Shown piece after piece: positions 55,167 to 64,000 of a stretch of 64,000 nt of DNA. Numbering within the stretch: the stretch's first letter is position 1; every line of letters begins with the position of its first letter. The notes under the pieces are model-generated. The model was not told where the DNA came from. It did not search any database and saw only the letters and a list, made by a program, of their open reading frames with translations. The stretch lies in contig NZ_DASWXE010000076.1 in NCBI RefSeq assembly GCF_036405635.1, forward strand, positions 2,357 to 66,356, given 5' to 3'. This DNA is from Gemmatimonas sp. Lineage in GTDB: Bacteria; Gemmatimonadota; Gemmatimonadetes; Gemmatimonadales; Gemmatimonadaceae. A program made the translations under genes and the position numbers.

Positions 55167-55595
55167 ATGCCCCGTACCTCGCTCACCCGTCGCGTCGTGT
55201 TTGCGGCCGCGCATCGCTATCGTCGTCCCGACTGGAGCGACCAGGAGAACGCCGACGTGTTCGGCGCCTGCGCCCATCCGCACTATCACGGCCACACCTA
55301 TTTGTGTGATGTCACGGTAGCCGGTCCGGTAGACGAGGAGACTGGGTTCGTGGTGGATCTTGGATTTTTGGATCGCGTGCTGCAGCGCGAAGTCCGTGAC
55401 CGGTTCGACCACCGCAACATCAATCTCGACGTACCGGAGTTCGCGGAAGGCAAGCTGATTCCGACGGGCGAGAACCTGGCGCGCTTCATTTGTGAGCGGG
55501 TACAGGCCGCACTGGCCCACACGACAGCACATGTGGTTCGGGTACACCTCGCCGAGGATACCACCTTGAGCAGCACGTACGAGGTGGACGCGTGA
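55167..55595 (+). CDS. queD: 6-carboxy-5,6,7,8-tetrahydropterin synthase (PTPS family)
   Basis: 142 aa with HPHYHGHTY and Zn-binding His residues typical of QueD/PTPS. Confidence 0.88.
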   Translation: MPRTSLTRRVVFAAAHRYRRPDWSDQENADVFGACAHPHYHGHTYLCDVTVAGPVDEETGFVVDLGFLDRVLQREVRDRFDHRNINLDVPEFAEGKLIPTGENLARFICERVQAALAHTTAHVVRVHLAEDTTLSSTYEVDA

Positions 55596-57205
55596 GCGTG
55601 GTCGATAGAAAGCGCTGGTCGTCCGTTGGCATCCTTGCGGCGAGTGTGGCGGCCGGCGTGATGGCCTGCGCTCGCCCATCGGTGCCGGCACCGGTTGGAC
55701 CGCACCGCCCGGAGCCGGTGGCCCCGGAAATGATCCCGGTCATGTTGCCCATGGCAACGATTGCCATGCCCGGCACGCGGGATACGCTCCAGTACCTGGT
55801 GGACTCGGTGCTGGCCGCGCCCATGTGGCGCAACGCGCGCTGGGGCATTCTGCTGGTGGATGCAGAGCGCAACGACACGATCCTTTCGCACGACGCGGAC
55901 CGATTGTTCATGCCGGCGTCCAACCAGAAACTGCTGACGGGAGCCATCGCCCTGCAGCGTCTGGGGCCCGACTTCCGCTGGCGCACCCCGGTGCTGCTGG
56001 ACGGTGTACAGCGCGGCGCGGTCTTTCACGGCAACGTGCTCGTGCAGGGCAGCGGCGATCCGAGCATCAGCGATGCCCTGCGTGGTGGTCGAGCCGCCAG
56101 CGCCTTCGATGGTGTGCTCGATGCACTTCAGGCCCGCGGCATCAAGCGCATCACCGGACGCGTGTTGCCGTGGGGTGATGCACTTCCGGGCGCCACGACC
56201 GGTTTCGGCTGGGCGTGGGATGACTTCGACTTCGGTTATAGCGCAGCCATCGACGAACTCACCTACAACGAAGGTGAGTTGTACCTGCATGTGAAAGCTG
56301 GCGCGAAAGTCGGTCAGAAGGTGCAGGTCAAGCGCGCGCCGACGGAGCGCTATCCGGCGCTGCGCATCGACGCCGTGACACGCGACAGCATCGCGGGCGC
56401 GCCCATGCGGGCTCCGGAACCCCTGTCGGTGGCTTACGACAGTATTGGTCATCAGGTCGTCGTAAGTGGTACCATGCCACTCGGCGACAGCACACGCATC
56501 ACGGTAGCCTACCGTCATCCGGGTGACGCGTTCATTGCCGCATTGGGCGACGCCCTGCACGGCAGAAAGATCGCTGTCCAGGGGACGGTGATCCGGCGCG
56601 ACACGCGTCAGGGCTCACGACAGGTCGTCACGGCTCCCGATACCCTGTACGTGATCGAAAGCGTGCCGTTTGCGGACGTGCTGCGCCGTATGCAGAAGCC
56701 ATCGCAGAACCAGATCGCCGAGCTGCTGTTCCGCACGTCGGGCTACGTGACGTCGGGCGACGGCTCAGCGGACAGCGCGCGTGCGGTGGGCATTCGCACA
56801 TTGGCCGAGTGGGGCATCACCGGGCAGGACGTGGCGTACCGCGATGGCAGCGGCTTATCGCGTCACGACTACCTGACTCCGCGTGCGGTCGTGCGGGTAC
56901 TGGATGCGATGCACCGCTCGCCATGGTACACGATGTTCCGTGATGCATTGCCCGTGGCCGGTGTCGATGGCACGATCGCCAACCGCATGAAGGACACGCC
57001 GGCCCAGGGCAACGTGCACGCCAAGACTGGCACCCTCGACAAGGCCCGTTCGCTCTCGGGGTACGTGACCAGCAGCGATGGTCGTCTGCTGTTCTTCTCG
57101 CTGCTGTGCAACAACTTCTCGGTGCCCACGCGTGAGGTGGAGCGCGTGCAGGACCTGCTGGTGCGCACGATGGCCGGTGGCCGCTTCCCTGCTCTGCCGC
57201 AATGA
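55592..57205 (+). CDS. dacB: D-alanyl-D-alanine carboxypeptidase/endopeptidase (PBP4, S13 family)
   Basis: SxxK (PASNQKLLT), SxN-like (DGSGLS) and KTG (HAKTGTL). GTGA overlap with queD. Confidence 0.88.
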   Translation: MSVVDRKRWSSVGILAASVAAGVMACARPSVPAPVGPHRPEPVAPEMIPVMLPMATIAMPGTRDTLQYLVDSVLAAPMWRNARWGILLVDAERNDTILSHDADRLFMPASNQKLLTGAIALQRLGPDFRWRTPVLLDGVQRGAVFHGNVLVQGSGDPSISDALRGGRAASAFDGVLDALQARGIKRITGRVLPWGDALPGATTGFGWAWDDFDFGYSAAIDELTYNEGELYLHVKAGAKVGQKVQVKRAPTERYPALRIDAVTRDSIAGAPMRAPEPLSVAYDSIGHQVVVSGTMPLGDSTRITVAYRHPGDAFIAALGDALHGRKIAVQGTVIRRDTRQGSRQVVTAPDTLYVIESVPFADVLRRMQKPSQNQIAELLFRTSGYVTSGDGSADSARAVGIRTLAEWGITGQDVAYRDGSGLSRHDYLTPRAVVRVLDAMHRSPWYTMFRDALPVAGVDGTIANRMKDTPAQGNVHAKTGTLDKARSLSGYVTSSDGRLLFFSLLCNNFSVPTREVERVQDLLVRTMAGGRFPALPQ

Positions 57206-57230
57206 GCATCGGCCCTGAGAGCGTGCACCC

Positions 57231-58541
57231 GTGAGCAATGAACCGACGGTACGGCGCGGCCTGTCGTACGACGATGCACTGACCAGCATTCTGCGCGCGA
57301 CGCAGGACCGTGCGACCGAGGTGGTGACGCTGCCGCTCACAGAAACGCTCGGACGCGCGCTTGCTGAGTCGATCACCAGCCGGGTGTCCTTGCCGCCGTG
57401 GGACAATGCAGGCATGGACGGATATGCGGTGCGGCGTGCCGATGTGGTCGGGGCATCGGCTCACGAGCCCCGTGCGCTGCCGGTCGTGGGAACGAGTGTC
57501 GCCGGGAGCGATCCGTCGGCACTGCCAGCCGTCACGCCACACACCGCCGTACGCATCATGACCGGCGCGCCCATGCCCCCCGGCGCCGATGCGGTGATCC
57601 GTATCGAAGACACCGACGACCAAGCCACGCGAAACGGCGATGGTGCGACCGTGCGCATCGTGAGCGATCGCGACACGCAGGGCCGCGGGAACGTGCGTCC
57701 TCGCGGTGAGGATGTCGCAGTCGGCGTCACACTGTTCACGCCCGGTACGTCCATCCGCGCGGCACACCTCGGGATGCTCGCGTCGGTGGGTCAGGCCGTG
57801 GTGCGGGTGCATCGCGCTCCCCGGGTGACCGTGCTCTCGAGCGGTGACGAACTCGTGCCGGTGGAAGCGTTCGACGAGGTGCTGTCTGGCCGGCGCATCG
57901 TATCGTCGAGCAGCTATGCGCTGCCGGCCCTGCTCCGCAGCGCTGGCGCACACGTGACGATGGCGCCGCTGGTTCCCGACACGCTGCAGGCGATGACCGA
58001 CGCGATGGATGCGGCGCTCGGCGATGGCTGTGACTTGCTGATCACCACCGGTGGCGTGTCGGTGGGGGCACACGACTACACGCGTGATGCACTGATGGCG
58101 CTTGGCGGCACACAGCAATTCTGGCGTGCTCGTATTCGCCCGGGTGGTCCGATCGGCACGGGTATGGTGCGCGACGTGCCATGGATTGGACTGCCAGGTA
58201 ACCCAGTGTCCACCTTGGTCACGGGCATGCTGTTCGCCTGGCCGTTGCTGCGCCAGCTAGGTGGCCACATCACCACGTGCCACGTGAAACTGCCGGTGCG
58301 CATGTGCGAACACATCGACACACCAGCAGCTCTCTCATACTTCTTGCGCGCTCGTCTGTCGGTTGCAATGGATGGCGTGCTCGAAGCCACGATTGCCGGC
58401 CCGCAGGGATCGAACCTGCAGCAAAGCATGGTGCACGCCGATGCGCTCGTGCTCGTGCCCGAGGAGGTCAGCCAGGTGCAACCCGGCATGATGCTCAGTG
58501 CCTTGCTGCTCCCCGATGCACCGTTCCTCACCGCTGCCTGA
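57231..58541 (+). CDS. moeA: Molybdopterin molybdenumtransferase
   Basis: PPWDNAGMDGYAV, SSGDEL and ITTGGVSVG motifs. Confidence 0.92.
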   Translation: MSNEPTVRRGLSYDDALTSILRATQDRATEVVTLPLTETLGRALAESITSRVSLPPWDNAGMDGYAVRRADVVGASAHEPRALPVVGTSVAGSDPSALPAVTPHTAVRIMTGAPMPPGADAVIRIEDTDDQATRNGDGATVRIVSDRDTQGRGNVRPRGEDVAVGVTLFTPGTSIRAAHLGMLASVGQAVVRVHRAPRVTVLSSGDELVPVEAFDEVLSGRRIVSSSSYALPALLRSAGAHVTMAPLVPDTLQAMTDAMDAALGDGCDLLITTGGVSVGAHDYTRDALMALGGTQQFWRARIRPGGPIGTGMVRDVPWIGLPGNPVSTLVTGMLFAWPLLRQLGGHITTCHVKLPVRMCEHIDTPAALSYFLRARLSVAMDGVLEATIAGPQGSNLQQSMVHADALVLVPEEVSQVQPGMMLSALLLPDAPFLTAA

Positions 58542-58548
58542 CGTTTCC

Positions 58549-59283
58549 ATGAGTGAACCCAAGTTCTCGGCGCTCGATCCAGCCGCGCAGGCGATGGCCT
58601 CGTTGCACGGCGAGACGCTCGACGCCGCATTGGCCCGACGCTTCACGCTGGTCGAGTCGCCCATCACGGTGGGCACAGGCTCCAATGCCCGTGAATTCCA
58701 GCTCATCAAGCCGTCCAACGCCGATCATCTGATCAGCGAAGCGGACTATGTGCATGACGAGCGCCTGCCCTACTGGGCCGATCTCTGGCCTTCGGCGCGC
58801 GTGCTGGCCGGTGCGTTGCTCGACGAAGCGGGACAGGGGCGCACGCTGCTCGAACTCGGATGTGGCCTCGGGCTCGATACGGTGGCGGCGCTGGCGGCCG
58901 GCTTTGACGTGACCAGCACCGACTACTACGAAGACGCGCTGCACATGGCCCGCAGCAATGCCCGCCGCAACCTGGGGGTGGAGCCGGCGGTGCGCATGGT
59001 GAATTGGCGACACTGGCCGGAGGACCTGGGCACGTTCGACGTGGTCATGGCAGCCGATGTGCTGTACGAGAAGGAGTACGCCACGCTGGTCGCCGAGTGC
59101 CTCGCACGCGCGCTGCGCGACGATGGTGTGGCCCTCGTGGCCGATCCCGGTCGGCTCGCCCTGCCGGCGTTCAAGGAGCACCTGCCCACGGTCGGCCTGC
59201 GCATCGTGTCCACCACCACGGTGCCCTTCGAGGAAGGCGCGGTGAAGCAGCAGGTGCAGATCATGCGACTCAGAAAGTCGTGA
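58549..59283 (+). CDS. Class I SAM-dependent methyltransferase (Methyltransf_16/lysine-MTase-like)
   Basis: LELGCGLGLDTVAALAAG, AADVLYE. Start trimmed to ATG 58549. Confidence 0.8.
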   Translation: MSEPKFSALDPAAQAMASLHGETLDAALARRFTLVESPITVGTGSNAREFQLIKPSNADHLISEADYVHDERLPYWADLWPSARVLAGALLDEAGQGRTLLELGCGLGLDTVAALAAGFDVTSTDYYEDALHMARSNARRNLGVEPAVRMVNWRHWPEDLGTFDVVMAADVLYEKEYATLVAECLARALRDDGVALVADPGRLALPAFKEHLPTVGLRIVSTTTVPFEEGAVKQQVQIMRLRKS

Positions 59284-59401
59284 TCTGATGCATGAGGGCT
59301 GCAGGCGACAGCGACTGTCGCACCTGCACCACAAAATATGGGCTCATACGACCATTTCTCCTGCTGATTCGCGTGGCATCATCCTTCCAGTAGAGATCGG
59401 C

Positions 59402-59875
59402 ATGCCTTTCTCCCCCTCCTCCAAGGCACCGGTCTCCTACCTCCGGGCCCCCCTGATCGCTCTGGGCATCCTCGCCCTCGGCGCGATTGCCCTCGCTCCG
59501 CTGGCCGCCCTGCGCGCGCAGTCGGTGACCAATGGTCCGACGCACACGACGGTGACGGACACGCTTCCGGCTCCTGTCGTGGATGGCGAGGTGAGCGACC
59601 TGCTCCTCAAGGGCAAGCAGCTCGAAGTGCGCTACCGCAACACGGGGTCCGTGGCCACGACCATCGTGGGCGAATTGCAGGTGCGCGACGAGTTCGACGA
59701 GATCGTGCTGGCGGTACCCTTCGCCGATGCGCGCCGAGTGGACGCGGGCCGCGCCGAGAAGTTCCGGTTGGCCATGCCGCAGCTCGCACCCGGGCACTAC
59801 ACGTTGTATGCCGTGGTGGACTTCGGTGGCGAGCAGTTGACGGCAGCGCAGGCCGCGCTGGAGATCAAGCCCTAA
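59402..59875 (+). CDS. Small secreted hypothetical protein
   Basis: Signal peptide (LIALGILALGAIALAPLAALRAQ) and a beta-rich body. No family recognised. Confidence 0.5.
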   Translation: MPFSPSSKAPVSYLRAPLIALGILALGAIALAPLAALRAQSVTNGPTHTTVTDTLPAPVVDGEVSDLLLKGKQLEVRYRNTGSVATTIVGELQVRDEFDEIVLAVPFADARRVDAGRAEKFRLAMPQLAPGHYTLYAVVDFGGEQLTAAQAALEIKP

Positions 59876-59894
59876 CTGACGATGCGGTTGAGGC

Positions 59895-59939
59895 GAACAA
59901 AGAGGCCGCGCTCCGAAATGGAGCGCGGCCTCTTTGTTC
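59895..59939. terminator. Bidirectional terminator hairpin
   Basis: GAACAAAGAGGCCGCGCTCC-GAAA-TGGAGCGCGGCCTCTTTGTTC, a near-perfect 20-bp stem between convergent genes. Confidence 0.85.
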
Positions 59940-59954
59940 GTCGAGCGTAGAAGA

Positions 59955-62009
59955 TCAGTTCGAGCTGGCCGATACCGCCAACTTGGACGCCACGATCTCC
60001 GAGATGTCGAACACCGGCACTTCCTTGCCCGTGCTGGCGACACCGTCGTTGATCATCGTCATGCAGAACGGACAGGCCACGGCGATCTGATCGGCGCCCG
60101 TCGCGAGCAGCTCTTCACTGCGCTCGACGTTGACGCGCTTGCCGTCGTTCTCTTCCATCCACATGCGACCACCGCCGGCACCGCAGCACATGCCACGGCT
60201 CTTCGTGCGTGCGGGTTCCACCAATTCCATGATGGGCAGCGCCTTCTTGAGCGTGTTGCGCGGCGCGTCGTAGATCTCGTTGTAGCGACCGAGGTAGCAC
60301 GAATCGTGGTAGGCGACCTTGAGGCGCTGGCCATGCTCGGTGTCGAGCGGCACACGGCCTTCACCCAGCAGGCGCTCGATGTACTCGGTGTGGTGAATGA
60401 CTTCGTAGTGCCCGCCCAGATCCGGGAACTCCTTGCCCATCTGGTGGAAGCAGTGCGGGCAGAAAGTCACGACGGTCTTGATCTCGTAGCCGTTCAGCGT
60501 CTCGATCACGCCCTTGGCGAGCATCTGGTAGAGATACTCGTTGCCCATGCGGCGGGCCGGATCGCCGTGGCAGGTCTCTTCCTGACCCAGAATGGCGAAC
60601 TTCACATTGGCCGCCTGCAGGATGCGCGCGAACGCCACGGTGATCTTCTTGGCACGATCATCGAACGAACCGGCACAGCCGACCCAGAACAGGATGTCCG
60701 GCTTCTCGCCCGACGAAGCCATTTCGGCCATGGTCGGGATGTTCATGCCTTCCGCCCACTTCTCACGATCGGACGAGCTGAACGCCCACGGGCTGCCGTT
60801 GCGCTCGAGGCTCGTGAGCGCCGGCTGCAACTCTTCCGGGAAGCGCGACTCCATGAGCATCAGGTCGCGGCGCAGCTCGTTGATGATCTCGAGCTGATCG
60901 ATGCTCACCGGGCACTCCTGCACGCAGGCGCGGCAGCTGGTGCACGCCCACAGCTCTTCTTCGGTGATCCAGTCGTCGAGCAGGTTCTTGTCGAGCACCG
61001 CCTGCTGTTCTTCGGTGGCGGTGCCCCCGCCTGCCGCGACCAGATCGAGCATGCTCGCCTTTTCCGTCAGGCGGGCGCGCGTCTTCACCACGATCATGCG
61101 TGGCGAGAGCAGCTTGCCGGTGGTGTTGGCCGGGCATGCCGCAGTGCAGCGACCACACTCGGTGCAGGAGTAGCCGTCCAGCAGGTTCTTCCACGACAGG
61201 TGCTCGATGTCGGCGGCACCAAACTGCTCGGCGTCTTCCGCCTCGAGATCCATCGGCTTCATCGCACCAATGCGGCCCGGGCCGCTGGTGTTGGAAAGCC
61301 AGACGTTGATCAGCGACGACAGCACGTGCAGGTGCTTGGACTTCGGCAGGTGGTTCAGGAACCACAGGATCAGCACCGCATGGATCCACCACGACACGCG
61401 CGCCATGATGTGCGCCGTTTCGGCCGACATGCCGCCAAAGATCGGCAGCAACATGGCGGTGATGGGGCGGCCCACCAGATCGGCACCAGGCTGCTTGGCA
61501 TCACCCACGAACACCAGCAGCAGCGTGAGCATCAGCGTGGCGATCACGCACAGAATCAGCACCGCTTCGCCACTGTGCACCGTGTCCACCGTGAACCGGC
61601 GCGGCTTGAGCACCAGGCGGCGATACAGCAGGTAACCGACGGGCATCAGCACGAAGACCGCGAAGATCTCCTGCGAGAAAACGTACGGCACGTACAGCAT
61701 GCGCGGCAGGATCACGCCCCAGTTGAACGGCGTGTAGAGCCCCTGGATCCAGATCTCGACGGTGCCAAGACCGAGGACGCAGAAACCCCAGAACACCAGG
61801 GCGTGCATGAGGCCACCGAACGGGTCGCGCAGAATTTTCGTCTGGGCGAGACCGATCAGCAGAAAGTTCTTTGTACGGATGTCGGGGTGATCGGTGCGGT
61901 CTTCCGGCTTGGCCAGCTTGAGCCAGCGGACGAGCCGCTGCGCCTGCTGGGCAAACATCCAGAAGCCGCCGGTGAGGATCACCGCGAATACGAGGTTGGA
62001 CAGGGTCAT
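59955..62009 (-). CDS. Membrane-bound Fe-S oxidoreductase (EtfD-like / heterodisulfide-reductase-related)
   Basis: N-terminal multi-TM region, two ferredoxin-type CxxCxxCxxxCP motifs ([24 protein letters not shown]), and two CCG-type Cys-rich domains (CPHCFHQ..., CCGAGGG). Adjacent to etfBA. Confidence 0.85.
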   Translation of the reverse strand: MTLSNLVFAVILTGGFWMFAQQAQRLVRWLKLAKPEDRTDHPDIRTKNFLLIGLAQTKILRDPFGGLMHALVFWGFCVLGLGTVEIWIQGLYTPFNWGVILPRMLYVPYVFSQEIFAVFVLMPVGYLLYRRLVLKPRRFTVDTVHSGEAVLILCVIATLMLTLLLVFVGDAKQPGADLVGRPITAMLLPIFGGMSAETAHIMARVSWWIHAVLILWFLNHLPKSKHLHVLSSLINVWLSNTSGPGRIGAMKPMDLEAEDAEQFGAADIEHLSWKNLLDGYSCTECGRCTAACPANTTGKLLSPRMIVVKTRARLTEKASMLDLVAAGGGTATEEQQAVLDKNLLDDWITEEELWACTSCRACVQECPVSIDQLEIINELRRDLMLMESRFPEELQPALTSLERNGSPWAFSSSDREKWAEGMNIPTMAEMASSGEKPDILFWVGCAGSFDDRAKKITVAFARILQAANVKFAILGQEETCHGDPARRMGNEYLYQMLAKGVIETLNGYEIKTVVTFCPHCFHQMGKEFPDLGGHYEVIHHTEYIERLLGEGRVPLDTEHGQRLKVAYHDSCYLGRYNEIYDAPRNTLKKALPIMELVEPARTKSRGMCCGAGGGRMWMEENDGKRVNVERSEELLATGADQIAVACPFCMTMINDGVASTGKEVPVFDISEIVASKLAVSASSN

Positions 62010-62100
62010 GGCGCGAAGCTAGACCGGGAGAGGAGTCGCGACAAGCGCAGGCGACAAGCGCATGGCGGCCGGGGCCGTACATGGCATTCGCGGCGGGGGG

Positions 62101-62136
62101 CAAAACAGAGCCCCACCGCCTCGCGGCGATGGGGCC
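62101..62136 (-). terminator. Rho-independent terminator after etfA
   Basis: On the minus strand, GGCCCCATCGCC-GCGA-GGCGGTGGGGC followed by TCTGTTTTG. Confidence 0.65.
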
Positions 62137-62152
62137 TGGGTACAGCGGAAAA

Positions 62153-63142
<990 letters not shown>

Positions 63143-63144
63143 GG

Positions 63145-63900
63145 TCAGAGCACCTTCGCTTCGGTCTGAAGGAGATTCACCAGCTCCGGCACCGCGGCCG
63201 CGCTGTCACCCAGGACGCGGCCAGCGGCACGCTCGGGCGGGAGCACCATCTTCTGCACAGTCACGCGGGCTTCGCCCAGCTGCGCCGGCTTCACATCGAG
63301 CGTCTTCTTCTTGGCCGCCATGATGCCCTTGAGCGACGGCAGGCGTTCCTTGTTCAGGCCGTCGTCGATCGTGAGCAGGGCGGGCAACGGGAACTCCACC
63401 ACCTCGCTGGCGCCTTCGAGTGCGCGTTCAGCGCGACCCGTCTTGCCGCTGATCTCCAGGCGGAAGACGTTCGTGACGCACGGCAGATCGAGCAGTTCGG
63501 CGACCATCGGGCCCGTCATCTGGTTCATGGAGTCGACCGCGATGCGGCCGAACAGCACCAGATCGTAGCCGCCGTCCTTGAGCTCAGCGGCAAGGGCACG
63601 GGCGACGGCGAGACCGTCGGCCGGCGTGGAGGCTGCCTGCAGCAGGATGCCGCGATCGGCACCCATCGCGAGCGCCTTGCGGATCTGTTCCTGCGCCGCA
63701 TCAGGACCGAGCGAGATCGCGACGACCTCACCCGCGTTGCCGTTCTTTTCCTTGAGCTGCAGGCCGGCTTCGATCGCCCACAGATCGAAGTCGTTGACGT
63801 CGTATTTGAGTCCAGCGTCGTCCACCCGGGTCCCGTCCGCCGCAATGGCGAACTTGGTTTCCATCACGGGCACGCGCTTGATGCACACGGCGATCTTCAC
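63145..63900 (-). CDS. etfB: Electron transfer flavoprotein beta subunit
   Basis: MKIAVCIKRVP start, ETF-beta pattern. It ends 2 nt before the etfA start. Confidence 0.95.
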   Translation of the reverse strand: MKIAVCIKRVPVMETKFAIAADGTRVDDAGLKYDVNDFDLWAIEAGLQLKEKNGNAGEVVAISLGPDAAQEQIRKALAMGADRGILLQAASTPADGLAVARALAAELKDGGYDLVLFGRIAVDSMNQMTGPMVAELLDLPCVTNVFRLEISGKTGRAERALEGASEVVEFPLPALLTIDDGLNKERLPSLKGIMAAKKKTLDVKPAQLGEARVTVQKMVLPPERAAGRVLGDSAAAVPELVNLLQTEAKVL

Positions 63901-64000
63901 CGCGGTCGCTCCGTTCGAGAGTCAGGGAAGAAACAAAGAGGCACAGGGGAAGCTAGAGAGCGTCCACCCGTCGGGCAATGCGACGGTATCGTCACATTTA

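Overview
This is a GC-rich bacterial chromosomal segment that is almost entirely coding. I support about 58 CDSs. I found no rRNA or tRNA genes, no CRISPR array, and no transposase, integrase or phage genes. The taxon cannot be determined from the window. The gene content is mostly housekeeping: crtI (cut by the window edge), tig-clpP-clpX-lon-engB, trpE, an FHA-GAF-adenylate cyclase packed against two LPS-core genes, maf, a MetZ/MetY-like sulfhydrylase, dtd, prfC, two Fpg/Nei glycosylases, glmM-glmS, a REC-HD-GYP regulator, a cystathionine gamma-synthase-family enzyme, purD, a UvrC-N-terminal-like nuclease, a ubiE-ubiD-ubiA-ubiX quinone block, an ECF sigma/anti-sigma pair, MATE, mrp, nrnA, an amino-acid permease, guaB, a peptidoglycan block (two L,D-transpeptidase-like and two DUF882/M15A genes), gpmI, queD, dacB, moeA and etfBA plus a membrane Fe-S oxidoreductase. 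No gene-encoded defence or mobile system is evident. Five things are not explained by ordinary annotation. (1) There are families of long imperfect palindromes (REPIN/MITE-like hairpins of roughly 120-350 bp) in intergenic DNA. At least three copies share a GGGTTTGGGGGTGAAC core. (2) One of these copies lies in frame, without a stop codon, between a PLP-enzyme gene and an M48-like gene, giving one uninterrupted 827-codon ORF. (3) Two apparent pseudo-enzymes are present: the M48-like protein has QQxxH instead of HExxH, and one L,D-transpeptidase paralog lacks the catalytic His and Cys. (4) A 528-aa orphan protein has three modules and no family I can name. (5) A tight block combines L,D-transpeptidase-like genes with MepK-like endopeptidase genes. 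All functional calls come from motif recognition by eye in the supplied translations. No database search was run.
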